64,000 nucleotides of DNA from Ostrea edulis (taxonomy: Eukaryota), in assembly GCF_947568905.1 (NCBI RefSeq), contig NC_079169.1:25792001-25856000 (forward strand), given 5' to 3'. Shown here piece by piece: positions 1 through 12,857 of this stretch (positions are counted from its first letter, which is position 1; every line of letters begins with the position of its first letter). A model generated the notes under the pieces. It had not been told where the DNA came from. It saw only the letters and a program-made list of their open reading frames with translations, and did no database searches. Position numbers and translations under genes: made by a program.

Positions 1-19
1 TCTTAAGTTCTTAAGCATA

Positions 20-799
20 TTGCTTAGCAAGAACAAAATGGCTGACAGAAAACAGAGAACATTCAAACCACGAATTAATCCCTTAAAATCAATGACAGCA
101 GCAGAACTGCAGCACAGATTTAGATTTGATCAGGAAGGAATTGAATTTATAACAGATCTAATTCAAAATGACATTATGCCTTTGACCAACAGAAATCACA
201 GTGTGCCTGCAATTGTGCAAGTCATGGTTGCCTTGAGATACTATGCTACAGGTAAGATGCAGCTATGTAGTGGTGACAACTTTGGTCTTCACCAGTCAAC
301 TGTTTCAAGAATAATTCAAAGAGTTACTACAGCTCTTGTTCAACCAAATATTGTCAAGCGATTCCTTTCCTTTCCAATGGACCCAGGAACTATTCGAAAG
401 CACCAGGTTGACTTTTTTGCCATTGCTGGTTTCCCTGGCGTGGTTGGGGCGATTGATGGGACTCATGTGCGAATTATAGCTCCCAGTGAACACGAAGAGG
501 AGTATGTCAACCGGAAAAACTTTCACAGTATAAATGTACAGATTGTATGTGATGCCAGTTATAAGATTTTAGACATCGTGGCAAGCTGGCCGGGAGCGAC
601 TCACGATGCCAGAATACTGAGGGAGAGTGGTCTATTTCAGCTCTTTCAACGACGTTTATTGCCCGTGAAATGCCATCTTCTCGGTGATAGCGGTTATCCT
701 GGGAAAGACTGGCTGCTGACACCTTTTTTAAATCCACAAGAGTGGGCAAGTCACAGGACAAAAGATTTTTTTCTCTTGTCAAAGTTTTTAACAAATTAA
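20..799 (+). pseudogene. PIF/Harbinger-superfamily (HARBI1-like, DDE_Tnp_4) transposase, 3'-truncated
   Basis: ORF has GAIDGTHVRI, NRKNFHSINVQIVCD, WPGATHDARIL and LLGDSGYP motifs. Similarity stops after LLTPFLNPQE (~740), and the C-terminal segment with the catalytic Glu (R..IE..FG.LK.RF) is absent. First ATG is at 38. Confidence 0.9.
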
Positions 800-1267
800 G
801 TTATCTTCAGCATTGGTTACAAAAAAAAGAGAGAATATTTTGCATTGAAAATAAAATTAGTGAAGAAAATGTGCGATTCCTCCCTTACAGTATAATTGCG
901 ACTCATATAAACTGCACAAAATAATATATTACATTATAAGTAAATCATCAACGTCACATACAATTTATGCCCCCTTGTCCCAAAGATGCCTCATACCAAA
1001 GTTGAAAAGAATTGGACTGGTAGTTATCAAAAAGTTAAAAAATGTTCAATTGTTAACGGACGACAACCAATCGCAATAGGTCACCTGAGTTTATCCTTGT
1101 ATACTTTCTATGTCATCGCTTGTATACATTATTTCGTTGGTTGTACGAATCATATCCAGTATATTACTTGCAAAAATGACATTGGTTTTATTTTTCACCT
1201 TTAGGGAAATATTTCTTTCGACAGTATTTTGTATTTCCTACCTTTACATATTTAAAGAGAAATCACT

Positions 1268-1328
1268 TTTATTCCACCTGAGCTGACCGCCTGTTGTCTG
1301 TCTGTCTGTAAACCTTTCACATTTTCAA

Positions 1329-1365
<37 letters not shown>

Positions 1366-2330
1366 GTTGGCAAAAATCATCCTTTGGTGAAGGGCTGTCA
1401 AATGTTTTCAAATGAAGGGCCATGCTCCCTTGAAAGGAACGATAATTACAAAAATAGGGTGGGTTATCTAAAAATCTTCTCAAGAACCACTGGGCCAGAA
1501 GCTGAAACTTATACGAAAGCTTCCTGACAGAGTGCAGATTCAAGTTTGTTAAAACCATGACTCCCGGGGGTAGGATGGGGCCACAATAGGGGATCAAAAT
1601 TTTTACATACAAATATATAGGGAAAATCTTTAAAAATCTTCTCAAGATCCACTGGGCTAAGAGAGTACAAAGTTACATGAAAACCTTCTGACAAAGGGAA
1701 TATTCAAGTTTTTTAAAATCATGACCCCAAGGGGTAGGATGGGGCTACAATATGGGATCAAAGTTTTACATACAAATGAATTGGGGAAATCTTTGAAAAT
1801 CTTCTCAAGAACCACTGGGTCAGGTAAGTACAAATTTACATGAAGGCTCCCTGACATACTTCATATTCAAGTTTGTGAAAATCATGGCCCCCGGGAGTAG
1901 GATGGGATCACAATAGGGGGTCAAAGTTTCACATACAATTATATTGGGAAAATCTTCTCAAAAACAACTAGGCCTGAAAAGTTTACATTTACATGAAAGC
2001 TTCCCGACATAGTGCAGATTCCAATTTGTTAAAGTCATGGTCCCCAGGGGTAGGATGGGGCCTCAAAAGGGGATGAAAGTTTTGCATACAAATATATAGG
2101 GAAAATCTTCAGAAAAGTTTACATTTACATGAAGGCTTCTTGACATAGTGCAGATTGAAGTTTGTTAAAATCAGGACCCCCGAGGGAAAGGTGGGGTCAC
2201 AATAGGGGATCAAAGTTTTACCTACCGATATATAGAGAAAATCCTCAAATTATGAAACATCATTGGAACAAATTCTAAATTTCAGGAATCCTGCGACTTT
2301 AAGGGCGGAGTGAAAATTGACTAATGATAA
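1268..2330 (-). mobile_element. Helentron-associated non-autonomous element (HINE/CvA-Pearl-like) with ~155-166 bp tandem array
   Basis: Reverse tail (cacctgagctg..gtctgtctgtctgt) followed by about 5 diverged units starting aaaatcttctcaaga at ~1471, 1632, 1797, 1951 and 2103. Confidence 0.8.
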
Positions 2331-4173
2331 CAAACGCACATCTGTCAGAAAAATCAAATACATAGTGATGTAGTGCAGTAAAGCCTATATCAAAATGGTA
2401 AATTTCAAGATCACCGGGGTAAAGGTTCTGACTCCAGTGTGGGACCAAACTTGGTTTGTGTGTATAGTGTTTATGTGTAAAACATTTAAATAAAAAACAT
2501 CTTTATGCTTTTGATACTAAATTGAAAGTGAATGGATATTTTGAAGGAGTGTGTAGTCATTTACCAAATTGTAAATTTCATGTTCCCAAAGGTAGGGGTT
2601 TTGGTTTCAGGGTGGGGCCAAAATGGTCAGTGATTAAATGTGTCAATAACTGAACATTTTAAACCTTATTCTTAGTAACTACCTTTCAAATTCTCTTCAA
2701 ATTTGGAATGAAGCAACATTGGGATAAGGGGGACATAACTTGTAAATTCCAGGTCTCCTGCATCTCTGGGGCGTATGGGGAAGGGCAAAAACTACCAAAA
2801 TTGTTCAAAACCCTTCTCTACAAGGAAGGCCTCTACGAAAGTTGTAAATTTCATGATCCCCGGGGTAGAGGTTTTGACTCCAGGGCGGGGACCGAACTTG
2901 GTATATAGCGCTTTTGTGTAAAACATTTAAAAACATCTTTAATGCTTTCTATACTAAATAAAAACTAAATGTATATTTAGAAAGAGCAGATAACCTATTA
3001 CCAAAATTATAAATTTCATGATCCCAGGGGTAGGGGTTTTGGTAACAGGATTGGCCTAAAATGGTCAATGATTAAATGTGTTAACAATTAAGTATTGTTA
3101 TATTTGAAACAAATCAGTAGCGGAATTCAATTACAAATTGCTACATAACTTGACACACTGTTGTAATTTGTCACTGAGCAAATGACAAAATGAACAATCC
3201 AGTTTTTGCCTATTATGTAAGGTCGTAGAAAATTCAAAGCATTGACTTTTTGAAAGCAACAATGTACATTATATTTGGAACACTGAAAATATTTCAATTT
3301 TAAGAATACATGGTAATTAATTGTTCTAGGTTTTTATTTACAAGAAAACAATACAACGAACAGCTACAACAACTGCTATGAAAATACATAAATTTAAAAT
3401 GCAATGTTGATTTGAAAATTGTGAAGAACGCATTCATGGTCTCATGATGTACATCAAGAAACAGTTATTTTTATGAATTCTATGCATGACAAAAAAAAAA
3501 AAAAAAATCAAAGCAACTTATCTTTATAAAATGCTAAAGGATATGGCTGAAAATATATAATGCATAATAAATATATTTCTATATGTATGCATTATAATAA
3601 GACGATATACTTGAAGGGGACAGTTCTTCAAGATAAACAGGTAAGGGGCACAAACTTGGCCAGTGAATTCTGAACTATATTATTATTTATTAAATTGATA
3701 GCCGAAGAGTCTACATCTATACATTGTATGTACTTGAATTATTGATAAATGCTTTTTTAATCCAAGAGCCCCCTGGCAACCCAGGTGAGGAATACTGAGG
3801 GGAAATCTTTGGATATTTTAACCCGAAACTAGAATAATGTACTTTCTTAATAAAATCAATGTCAACAGGAAAAAAAACAAACAATCGAGCGTTGTTATCT
3901 TCTTGATAACTACCATTCTAATTATTTTTTAATTTGGTATGAAGCACCTTTGGAACAAGGGGGACATAAATTATATTTCAGGACAGCAGTAACATCGTGG
4001 TGTAAGGGGTTTGGCGGGTCAAAAACTGTTCAAAAGTTGACCAGTTTAAAAACACTAAATACAGAGTGATGGAAAGCATGGATGCCTCCACCAATCCCAG
4101 GGGGTAGGAAATCTGACTAGAGGGCGGGGTCAAACTTTGGTGTATATATGTGTAAAACATTGGAATATTATGA

Positions 4174-4385
4174 AAGGTGAAGAAAACGAACAGTGGTCAA
4201 TCTCATAACTCCTATAAGCAATACAAAATAGAGAGTTGGGCAAACACAGACCCCCTGGACACACCATAGGTGACATTACGTTCCTATGAGGAGTAAGCAT
4301 CCCATGTCGACCGGTTACATCCACCATGAGCCCTATATCTTAATCAAGTAAACGGAGTTATCCATAGTCAAAATCATTGTGCAAA
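4174..4385 (-). mobile_element. Penelope-like retroelement 3' end fragment
   Basis: Begins gaaaggtgaagaaaacgaacagt; same sequence as the 3' end of the RT-bearing copy at 63014-63573. Confidence 0.75.
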
Positions 4386-6659
4386 GATCTTTAATGTTAC
4401 CGACACTAAATTGAAACGAAATAGATATTTAGAAGGAGTAGGTAGTCCTTTACCAAAATTGGAAATTTCATGATCCCAGGGAGTAAGGATTTTTAGTTCC
4501 AGGGTGGGACCAAAATTATTATAGTGAGTATTTGAAATTCTTCTTTACGTTTGCTGATATATAAACTAAATGCAGAAAGGGATGTACCTAATTTGTGAAT
4601 TTCGCAACCCAGGGTTTTGACTCTAGAACAGGTCCAAATTTGTCAAACCGTGTTAATGTTACATACATGTATATTATGAACAGTTTTTCATCATTATAAG
4701 CATTTTCGGGGGGCATTTAGCTTAGATACGCAGAACAGGATTTTTTAAATACTAGATTTCAAAGCCCTTAGGACTTGTGATACTTTTAATTAACGCCTTA
4801 GGCGTGGGTCAAAAATTGACCCAACTTCCAAAAGTGCTCTCCTCTACAACTGCACATCTGCAAGAAAAATGTATAGCAATATTGAGCAGAGAGATACATG
4901 TATCTACCAAAACTGTAAATTTCATGATCCCTGGGTTAGAGGTTCTGACTTCGAGGGTGACTTAGTATACAGTGTTTATGTGTAAAGTATTTAATTAACA
5001 CATTTAATGCTATTGACATCAAATTGAAAGTAAATGGATATGTTGAAGAAGTTTCATAACCCCAAGACTAGGGGTTCTGGTACCTGGGTGGGACAAAATG
5101 GTCGTAGTGATTATATGTGTCAACAAATTGACATTTTTAACTTCTCGATTACTATCATTCCAATTTTTTCGAATTTGGTATGAAACATCAGTTGGACAAG
5201 GGGGGGGGGAATAAAATGTATTTTAGGACAGCAGTACCCGTTGCTCTTTAGGGCCGGGACAAAAATTGTCATATTTTTAAATACCTTCTTCTCTACAACC
5301 TCACATATGTAACATAAACTAAATGCATAGTAATGTAGAGCAGGAAAGCCGCTAACAAAATTTTACATGTCGTGAACCCTTGGGTAGAGGTTCCGACTAC
5401 ATATAATGTTTTGAGTAAAACATTTAAATAACATCTTTATGCTATTGATACCAAATCGAGAAAAAAATAGATATTTAGACAAAGTAGATAGTCCATGACC
5501 ATAATTGTAAATTTCGTGATCCCAGGATGGGGTAAAAATTATCATAGGGATTATTGTGCTAATCATTTGAAAAACGTCTTTAATTTTGCTGATATTGTTT
5601 AACAAGAGGCCTACAGGCCTTATTGGTCGCCTGAATACTAGTGAAAAGTATCACTACTTCCAAGGGCTATGAAATCTAGAAAATAATTCCTGTTCTGAAT
5701 ATCTAAGCTAAATTCTAATGTTCAGCAACAGTATAAAACAAGATGTGTTGTTCAAACTTCAATCCCCTCAAAAGTACATACATTGATAAAAGGCTTTACA
5801 TGATATAATACGTGCATTGACATTAAAAGATATGACTAATTTGGACCCATCCTAGAATCAAAACCCTGAGTTGTGAAATTCGCCATTTTTTGTACATCCT
5901 TTTCTGTTAATCCTAAGTATGCTTTTAGATTTCATACAGTATCAGCAAACTTAAATAAGTCCTTGAAATCATTATAAATTTAACACTACCCTGAAACCAA
6001 ACCCTTACGCCTAGCATATTTAGAATTTTGGTAAAGGACTACCTACTCCTTTTAAATTTCTTACACCTGTGCGGTTGTAGAGAAGATTTTTTTTAATTGG
6101 TCAATTTTTGTCCTGTCCCTAAGGCCCCTTGAATTCTGAACTTTACAATTTATGTCCCCCTTGTTCTATAGATGCTTCATACCAAATTTAAAAAGAAGTT
6201 AAAAATTTGTATTGTTCACACATTTAATAACTAACCATTTTTGCCACACCAAAACCCTTACCCCTAGGATCATCAAATTTAACATTTTGGTAAAGGGCTA
6301 CCTGCTCTTTCTAAATATTCATTTAGTTTCAATTTAGTATCAATAGCACTAAAAATGTTATTTAAATGTTTTACATATAAACAATATATAATAAGTTTGA
6401 TCCCACCCTGGGACAGAACCCCTACACTGGGGATCATGAAATTTACAATTTTGGTAGAGGCCTTCCTGCTTTACATTGTTATGCATTTAGTTTCTCTTAC
6501 ACATGTACGGCTCTAGAGAAGGAGATTTTTGAAAATTGAGCAGTTTTTGCCCCACCCCTAGGGGTGCAGGAATCCTGAAATTTACAATTTATGTCCTCCT
6601 TGTTCCACAGATGCTTCATATTAAATTTGTAAAGAATTGGAATGGCAGTTATCGAGAAG

Positions 6660-6901
6660 ATTGATTGATTGTATATTGTTTTGCGTCCCTCTTAAGAAGA
6701 TTTCAATCATATGGAGACGTCACCATTGCCGGTGAAGGGCTGCGAAATTTAGGCCTATGCTTGGCGCTTATGGCCATTCAGCAGGAAAGGATTTTTATCG
6801 TGCCACACCTCCTGTGACACACCCGAAGGACCGCCCCGTTTAGTCGCCTCTTACGACAAGCACGGGGTACTGAAGACTTATTTTAACCCGAATCCCCACG
6901 G
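6660..6901 (-). mobile_element. SINE body/3' fragment
   Basis: Shares tcatatggagacgtcaccattgccggtgaagggct..taggcctatgct with the tRNA-headed copy at 35353-35672. Confidence 0.7.
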
Positions 6902-6941
6902 AATTTATAGAGAAGTTAAAAATTTCTATTGTTCACACACG

Positions 6942-7190
6942 AAAGGTGAAGATAACGAACAGTGATCAATCTCATGACTCCTATAAGCAATACAATATAG
7001 ACAGTTGGGCAAACACGGACCCCTTCACACACCAGAGGTGGGATCAGGTGCCTCGATCCCCTGTTGACCGGTCATACCTGCCGTGAGCCCTATATCCTGA
7101 TCAGGAAAACGGAGTTATCCGTAGTCAAAATCGGTGTGCCAAGAACGGCCTAACAATCGGTATGAAACACGTCAGACAGCATTTGACCCA
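6942..7190 (-). mobile_element. Penelope-like retroelement 3' end fragment
   Basis: gaaaggtgaagataacgaacagtgatc...gtatgaaacacgtcagacagcatttgaccc, matching 63014-63180. Confidence 0.8.
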
Positions 7191-7484
7191 AAAATGCTTC
7201 ACACCAAATTTGAAAAGAATTGGACTGGTAGTTATCAAGAAGTTAGAAATGTTCAATTGTTAACGAACGACGGACGTCAGCTGACCTAAACTAAATGCAT
7301 ATTCAGGAAAAGTGGAAAGGAATGTACAGTGCACCAAAATTACGAATTTCGCAACCCCGTGGGTTTGACTCTAGGACGGCCAAAATAGTCATATAATGGT
7401 AATATAAGATATTGTATTGAAAGTGCTTCATCAATATGTACACTTTCTGGGGGCATTGGTGTTAAAGAACACATCTTGTTTTAA

Positions 7485-8189
7485 AGGGACTGGTTCATGA
7501 TTTTTGATAAAAAATATTTTTCATTTTTGATATTAAATATAACTCATTTAATGTTGACAGCCAAAATTTTGATCTTCTGAATGCATGAATGAAAGCAATA
7601 TTTCAACCTTAAATATGTGTTATGTAAACAAAGACTCGAGTCTTTCTACATGTATGTAAACAAACAAACAAGTGAAATATTGATTTTGTAATATAATGCA
7701 TCTTAATTTTGCATAGTCACAAATTTTAACTTTTAGATGACACATTTCATCCCAAAAATGCTTGAAAAATGAAAGATATAATAATACTTAGATCGATATC
7801 CATTTCTTTTGAAAATTCCGTAAACAATAGCATATCGCAATCTTTGTTTATAAAACAAATAATAAACTCTCTAAAATGAGCTTCTGTGATGATGTATAAC
7901 CTTAACTTTCATGTGAAATCTTTCAAACACATTAACTCCGTTTACCTGATCAGGATATGGGGCTCATGGCGGGTGTGACCGGTCAACAGGGGATGCTTAC
8001 TCCTCCTAGGCACCTGATCCCACCTCTGGTGTGTCCAGGGGTCCGTGTTTGCCCAACTATCTATTTTGTATTGCTTGTAGGAGTTATGAGATTGATCACT
8101 GTTCGTTATCTTCACCGTGCATTAGATAGTAGATTTTGATCATTAAAAGTGAAAAACAAAATTTTGGGTAAAATCGTGAATCAGCCCCT
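7485..8189. mobile_element. Kolobok-type MITE (TTAA TSD) containing a nested Penelope-like fragment (7931-8117)
   Basis: ttaa|AGGGACTGGTTCATGATTTT ... AAAATCGTGAATCAGCCCCT|ttaa: imperfect TIRs with RR..YY termini and a TTAA duplication. Confidence 0.8.
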
Positions 8190-8798
8190 TTAATCTGCTA
8201 CTGAATATTAAAATTTAGCTTAGATATCCTGAACAGGAAAATTAGTATCGATTCCATAGCTAGTGCTATTTTAAACTAATATTATGGTGACCGAAAAAGC
8301 CTAAATGTCTCTTGTTTTGAGTATTGATCATCTTCCTTTGAAGGGGGTTGTCCTTTATTTGAACAAACTTTGACCCCCCCCCCTCACCAAAGTATGCTTT
8401 GTGACAAGTTTGGTTGAAATTAGCTGAATGATTTTGGAGAAGTTGAAAAAGTTCACGGACGACGACGGACAAAACGGATATCATTTGAATAACTCGGGTG
8501 GCCTATAATGGACTAGGTCAAGATAACCACAAGTCGTTTTCCATATACATTGTATATTCATTTTATGACTTAAATACTCACCACAATCCCCACCCTCTAT
8601 AGTTTCTCCCCTAGAGTAGATGATGTAGAACAATGTGTAATTTATTAGAAAAGTACCAAAACAATCGCATGGTGTTTGGACGCGGCCGCCAACGGTTGTA
8701 ATAGTGTTGCATTTCATTCATTATGGCAAAGGCAACAACTTATTAGTTTTAATCCAAGCTTTAATTTTCTCCAGTGGTGTTGAGTGTGTTTTACTTAC

Positions 8799-9587
8799 CA
8801 AGTACGGGGACAGCTGCAGCTATTGAAATAGCACCGCATAGATAGGACAGACTGAGCGCTGATCCCAAATTCCTCAGTCCACAGCTCCTTACAAGAATGG
8901 GTGGCATGAAAACAAAAACCGCTCCTGGGAAACCACCAACAACGGCTGCATATCCATACAGTATCCATAAATGATTTGTAAAACTGACAATGATCGCGGC
9001 GAAACCTCCAACAAAGACAGTAACACAATACACTACAGCGGGAGACACACGATCTGTTAATGCACCCCATAATATTCTACAAATTATTTCTGCTACAGCA
9101 AAAATTGTCATAGCAATAACGATGGAGCTCTCCTGAAAACCCCTGCTTTTGATAAATGGGGGGAATAAGAAAAAATGGGCAACATACCCAATCTGCGCCC
9201 ATGTAAAAGAAGAGCACTCTAGGATAAAGGAGAGGTTTCGATATAGCGACAGACAATTCTTTAAGAGTTTCTGTACAAAGTCGAGACAAACACTATGCGG
9301 AGACCTTTGATATGAGGCTGGATCAAGATGAGTGTCCTTTTCTTTAAGCAGTTCGGGTTGTCGTATCAATAAAGCAGCAACACAGTTATTTAATACAATC
9401 CCACTGATGAGCAGTAGGCAACCTTTTAGCCCATATTCATCAAAAAGATTTTTATACAAGTTTTGAAACAGAAATAATCCCACACCACTAGCGGAACAGA
9501 GGAATCCACTGGCTATAGCACGATGCTTTTCAAAGTAAAAATTCATAACGGTAGCGGCAGGAGAAATCAGGAGTCCAAAGCCAATTC
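8799..9587 (-). CDS. SLC16/monocarboxylate-transporter-like MFS protein, large internal exon
   Basis: GIGFGLLISPAATVMNFYFEKHRAIASG...YGLKGCLLLISGIVLNNCVAALL, typical of SLC16 TM4-12. Acceptor ttgcag at 9588-89, donor gtaagt at 8797-98, phase 1-1. The terminal exon was not located. Confidence 0.9.
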
Positions 9588-10004
9588 CTGCAACCGATAA
9601 TATAAAACGTATGTTAACTTTTAACATCTGGCATACATATATTAAATATTATTCGAGGTTTTTTTCAATCTTCGGATGTGACTGATGCGGTTTTTCTCTC
9701 AAATATGTTTGAGAGGTGAAAATTGAATACTTTAGAACAGCCCAATTCTCAAAATATGAATCAAGAACGTCCTGAACATGTCCTACGATAATTAGTAAAT
9801 GTTTATAAAATCCTTTTGGGAATGGCTATTCCATTAGGTATTTTATATAGATTCATCACAGGCAAAGGTAGATGTCAAGTTTGCAGATAATCATTGTTCT
9901 AGTCCATGACGTTGCACCCCCCTTCCCGAATTGAATATCTGAAAGGAAGGCTTGGTATGCAGTCGTTAATCCATAGAGAGCGGTTGGTATCTTAACGAAT
10001 CAAA

Positions 10005-10938
10005 TACCATGTCCATGGTGGCGCATCACGTGATTTTGTCACGACCTATTAGCCGGAAAATGACGACGAAAGTCAACACGTAGGGAAATTAAAAAGAACA
10101 AGCATTCTGAGAGTATGAATTATTGGACCGCAACAATATTCGAAGTTCATTATGAGAGCAAGGTTATGGTAAAAGGGAAGATTGCGAAACCAAGATAGGA
10201 ATATTAATGGTTGGAAATCAACTACTATTCAGGTACAAAGACTAGACCAGGAAAACTTCAAAATTGATCTGTAACTTGTAATGGCAAAGCAATTATCATG
10301 ATGTACAGAATATCAAATAAATATCTGCAAGCACTTTAAAAAAAAGTCAAGAAAACTGATAATTTATGTTATTTTTTTTAAGTCTAAGGGCCATAACTTA
10401 GTGAAAAATCAACGGACCGAGACAAAACTCGAACTTGATCAGCAACTTATGGCAAAGCAATGTACCAAATATCAAATGAATATCTGCAAGCACATTTAAA
10501 AAAAGTCCGGAAAACTGATTTGCAGGACTGACGGACAGACAGACGGACGGAGCGCAAACCTAAAGTCCCCTTCGACTTCGTCGGTAGGGGACTAATAAGT
10601 AACACCTTTAAATACTTTATTACAAACGCATACTAAAATGGTAGTTCTAGAAGCATAGAACATTGACATATTTTCTTTGCAGTCAGAACGTTTTTGACTG
10701 AAAACCAAAAAAACCCGTGTCAATGTTCTCTGTTTCTATCGCATGTAGAACTACAGATTTAGTATAGCTGTGTTCCTGGGAAAATCCTTCAAATGTTGAT
10801 ATAAGTTATGTGACAATTCGTTATTAATAAAGGTGTTACTTATTCTTTTTAATTTCCCCACGTGTTGACATTCGTCGTCATTTCCCGGGGTAATTGGTCA
10901 CATCAAACTCACGTGATTGGCCACCGTGCATGATGGTA
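10005..10938. mobile_element. MITE with ~95 bp TIRs in the transporter intron, with a nested HINE (~10225-10596)
   Basis: 10005-10100 (taccatgtccatggtggcgcatcacgtg..gtcaacacgtagggaaattaaaaag) is the reverse complement of 10839-10938. Confidence 0.7.
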
Positions 10939-11059
10939 ATCGCCACAAAACGTAGTGTCTAGCTCATGTACTTAAATGAAATCGTTCTGAAGAAAAATAT
11001 TTAAATGGAGCTGTTAATGGACGACTAGGATTTTGTTAACTTGTTATACGGGACGACAC

Positions 11060-11340
11060 GAAGTTTTCACTTGTATTGAGACGTCACCTGCTGTAAATCT
11101 AGACCTATGTTTAGTGCTCTGGGCCGTAGAAGTGAAGGTTCTTTAACGTGCCAATGCCTGCCGCTGCACGGGACCTCCATTTTCATGTCATATCCGAAAG
11201 ACCCGTGATTCTCAATTCTAAGGATTGAGCATTTGACGGGGAGCAATCACTACCTAGGTTCACATCTCCAGTTTCACGTGGCTATGGTACGAGCCAGGCT
11301 CGAACTCACGACCCCCCGGTAACGTAGCGAACGCTCTTAC
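11060..11340 (-). mobile_element. tRNA-derived SINE
   Basis: Reverse strand has a gttcgagcc B-box head and the same body as 63621-63940. Confidence 0.75.
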
Positions 11341-11404
11341 ACTGAGCTGCTAAAATATATTTTGTCGTGAATTTGCAGAATGTCACGAGGAAAGATAGTT
11401 TTAC

Positions 11405-11548
11405 CTGTGATGAGCGTGTAGGTAACAAACATGATGTTTAGTCTATTAACAAACACACTGAGGAAAATTCCCATGGACTGCATGATTCCACCGAAAAACA
11501 GGACCTTTCGAAATGTTGTCCTCTCACCCAAGGCACACCCGAACACTC
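11405..11548 (-). CDS. SLC16-like transporter exon (TM3 region)
   Basis: (G)VFGCALGERTTFRKVLFFGGIMQSMGIFLSVFVNRLNIMFVTYTLIT; canonical AG/GT, 144 bp, phase 1-1, joins in frame to 8799-9587. Confidence 0.85.
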
Positions 11549-11662
11549 CTATAAAAATATTTTGGCGAATAAATAAATTTTTCTAATGTAATACAAGTGT
11601 AGGGAATTTTAGAAGAAAAAAATATTTAAAAATTCTATTTCAAGACAGGAAATATACGTAAC

Positions 11663-11806
11663 CTGTGAAACTCAACACTAATGACGCCACCGATCCCACC
11701 GTAGAAGTGAACCCAGCTCCACCATTATAAACTGTTAATAATTTCACCAACAGCATTCCGTAGGACTTCAACAGACCAAACGCCAACATATGTATGCAGC
11801 AACATG
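11663..11806 (-). CDS. SLC16-like transporter exon (TM1-TM2)
   Basis: CCCIHMLAFGLLKSYGMLLVKLLTVYNGGAGFTSTVGSVASLVLSFT; acceptor tttcttcactgtag, donor gt at 11661-62, in frame with the next exon. An alternative acceptor at 11834-35 is possible. Confidence 0.8.
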
Positions 11807-12121
11807 CTACAGTGAAGAAATGTTTGCATACAACTTAAATGGCAAGTGAAAACTATATAAAACAATTAAAAACCATATACATGTAAACCCCAAACAAACA
11901 GAATAGCAATTTTGATACATCAACACATACTAAATACATGTAAAATCCCATAATACTGACCTGACAATACAACCCAGGAATATCCAAAATCCATTTGTCA
12001 CTAAACGGTAGATACAAGTTAACACGGCAATTATGCATCATCATGTTTATATAGTGTGCAGTAAACTTTACGAGTGGATGGACCCATTATCCAGGTTTGA
12101 CATTCTCGTGTATCGGCATAC

Positions 12122-12185
12122 AAAGAGTATCCATTGTCCTTAGGTATAGTGTCTTGTGATATCCTTTCACCCTCATTGACAACTA
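12122..12185 (-). other. Candidate remnant of the transporter N-terminal exon
   Basis: Reads VVNEGERISQDTIPKDNGYS, resembling the SLC16 PPDGG(W/Y) motif, and is followed by gtatgc. The splice phase does not match the next exon cleanly. Confidence 0.35.
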
Positions 12186-12445
12186 CACAGGGAAAAGTGG
12201 CTCGCATGAAATTCGCATGAATATCATGCGAATTCTTCGCATGAAAAGGAGACGAAAAGGACCACGCATGATATTCGCATGAAAAAAATCATGTGATTTT
12301 CATGTGAAATTCGCATGATTATCATATGAAAAATAATTCGCACGATATTCATGCGAATATTATTGTTACCTACTATTAAGGTTTTTCGCACGATATTCAT
12401 GCAAATATTATGCGAATATCATTATATTTTCATATGAAATCCATG
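12186..12445. mobile_element. CACTA/EnSpm-like terminus with subterminal palindromic repeat array
   Basis: ta|CACAGGGAAAA followed by more than a dozen TTCGCATGA/TCATGCGAA-type motifs in both orientations. The matching other end was not found in the window. Confidence 0.6.
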
Positions 12446-12776
12446 TAATGTATACATTTCAATGCTAGTACTTGAATTTTTATAAAAACTTAATGAAAAG
12501 TTTCATAAAATTCTGTGTTGCTTAGCAATTTGTTCCTCACAGATATCTACAGTTTTGTTTATAATTAAATATACAACTGATCATCAAGGTTTCACTGTTA
12601 ATGATATTCATACAGAGATAATAAGTACAATCTCAAAATCATGCAGTAAATGAATTACATCAAAATTCATTATTTAAAACTGCTTAATTTGTACCCCGAT
12701 TTTGAGGAAGTACCATTATAAGTATGAATATCCAGGTATTCTTTTGATTAATAAACAACTGGACACTTTCTCTTTC

Positions 12777-12857
12777 TTAATCTTCTTTATTGCAAGCTTC
12801 AACTTTCTTTTTCATTCTCTGCTCAAGGGCAACCCATCTGTCTGGTGTCTGTTTCAT
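12777..12857 (-). CDS. Unknown multi-exon gene, last exon (MKQTPDRWVALEQRMKKKVEACNKED*)
   Basis: Strong acceptor ttttcttttctcttgcag; phase 0; ends in TAA. Confidence 0.7.
   Translation of the reverse strand: MKQTPDRWVALEQRMKKKVEACNKED

Larger units (their letters stand above)
2330..8480. repeat. Cluster of decayed, nested HINE/satellite-like (~165 bp unit) repeats
   Basis: Recurrent motifs aaattgtaaatttcatgatcccaggggtaggggttttgg and tttgaaaagaattgga in both orientations; an element head aacaagaggcc..ggtcgcctga at ~5601. Confidence 0.75.

Noticed and set aside
1325-1857. Minus-strand ORFs
   Set aside because: Lie within HINE tandem units; no protein motifs.
8481-8717. ORF as the terminal SLC16 exon
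   Set aside because: No G.L.D.TG.Y-type motif; the phase-1 acceptor tested gives an immediate stop.
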